Assembly: GCF_036321535.1 (NCBI RefSeq)
Contig: NC_087436.1
Location: 52,888,001 to 52,952,000, forward strand
From: Camelus dromedarius
Lineage: Eukaryota
Direction: 5' to 3'
DNA: 64,000 nt
Shown: positions 63,501 through 64,000 of the stretch, piece after piece
Position numbering within the stretch: the stretch's first letter is position 1
Layout: each line of letters starts with the position of its first letter
Position numbers and translations under genes: made by a program
Notes under the pieces: model-generated
Seen by the model: the letters and a program-made list of their open reading frames with translations, nothing else
Told to the model about the DNA's origin: nothing
Databases searched by the model: none

Positions 63501-64000
63501 GCTACACTAAATGACTAAATGGTCATTCAATGTCAATATGAATCTGATTTTTCTTTTTAGATTGCAAGATTATGTGTTTCAACATTTAGCAACTTTTTAT
63601 GCCTCTATCGCTCCTTTTGGGGGCGTTTCTGTTGTATTTTTGAGGCCTAATTTTCCAGGCATAATCAAATCCCTAAATTCTGTTGAGCATCTCCCTTGAA
63701 AAGTTTGCTGTAATAAGGGCTGTGGGAGAAATGAAGATGACTAAGGTATAAGGTGTTTTCCATTGCCAAGGTTGAGAATCACTGCAATTATGGATTGAGA
63801 AAAGGAGAATAATATGATTACTGGAATTGTGTAGAAATGTATGAGATAGAAGTGGGAGCCCATCATACCAATTGGGAGGCTAGTGCAAGTCACAAATAAT
63901 AAAATGAACCTAAACTGTAATATCATTTGAAAAGTAGAGGAGATTAGTTCAAAAACATTTGACTTCGTAAGTGATTTTTAAAATGACACATTTGAGGTTA

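Overview
Eutherian (non-primate, non-rodent) genomic DNA carrying three tandem + strand genes, each with a CpG-island promoter. (1) The complete 5-exon replication-independent histone variant gene H2AZ1/H2AFZ (CDS 12120-13824, 128 aa). (2) The complete 8-exon ER-membrane J-protein gene DNAJB14 (CDS 15793-52594, 379 aa), with a 3' UTR probably reaching about 57.3 kb. (3) The promoter and first two exons of LAMTOR3 (ATG at 62753). The rest is intergenic or intronic DNA filled with old repeats: L1M fragments, a near-full-length sense L1MC-type element in DNAJB14 intron 3, L2, MIR, MaLR, MER20 and ERV1 LTRs. I recognised no young lineage-specific SINEs. Most ORFs in the supplied track are spurious. 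I found no unambiguous new gene or system. The best leads are RNA-processing hypotheses: an extra AATAAA just after the H2AZ1 stop, a phase-compatible H2AZ1-DNAJB14 read-through fusion, and a weak DNAJB14 exon-3 donor with an open intronic extension and intronic poly(A) signals. Repeat subfamily names come from recalled consensus motifs, not from a search.
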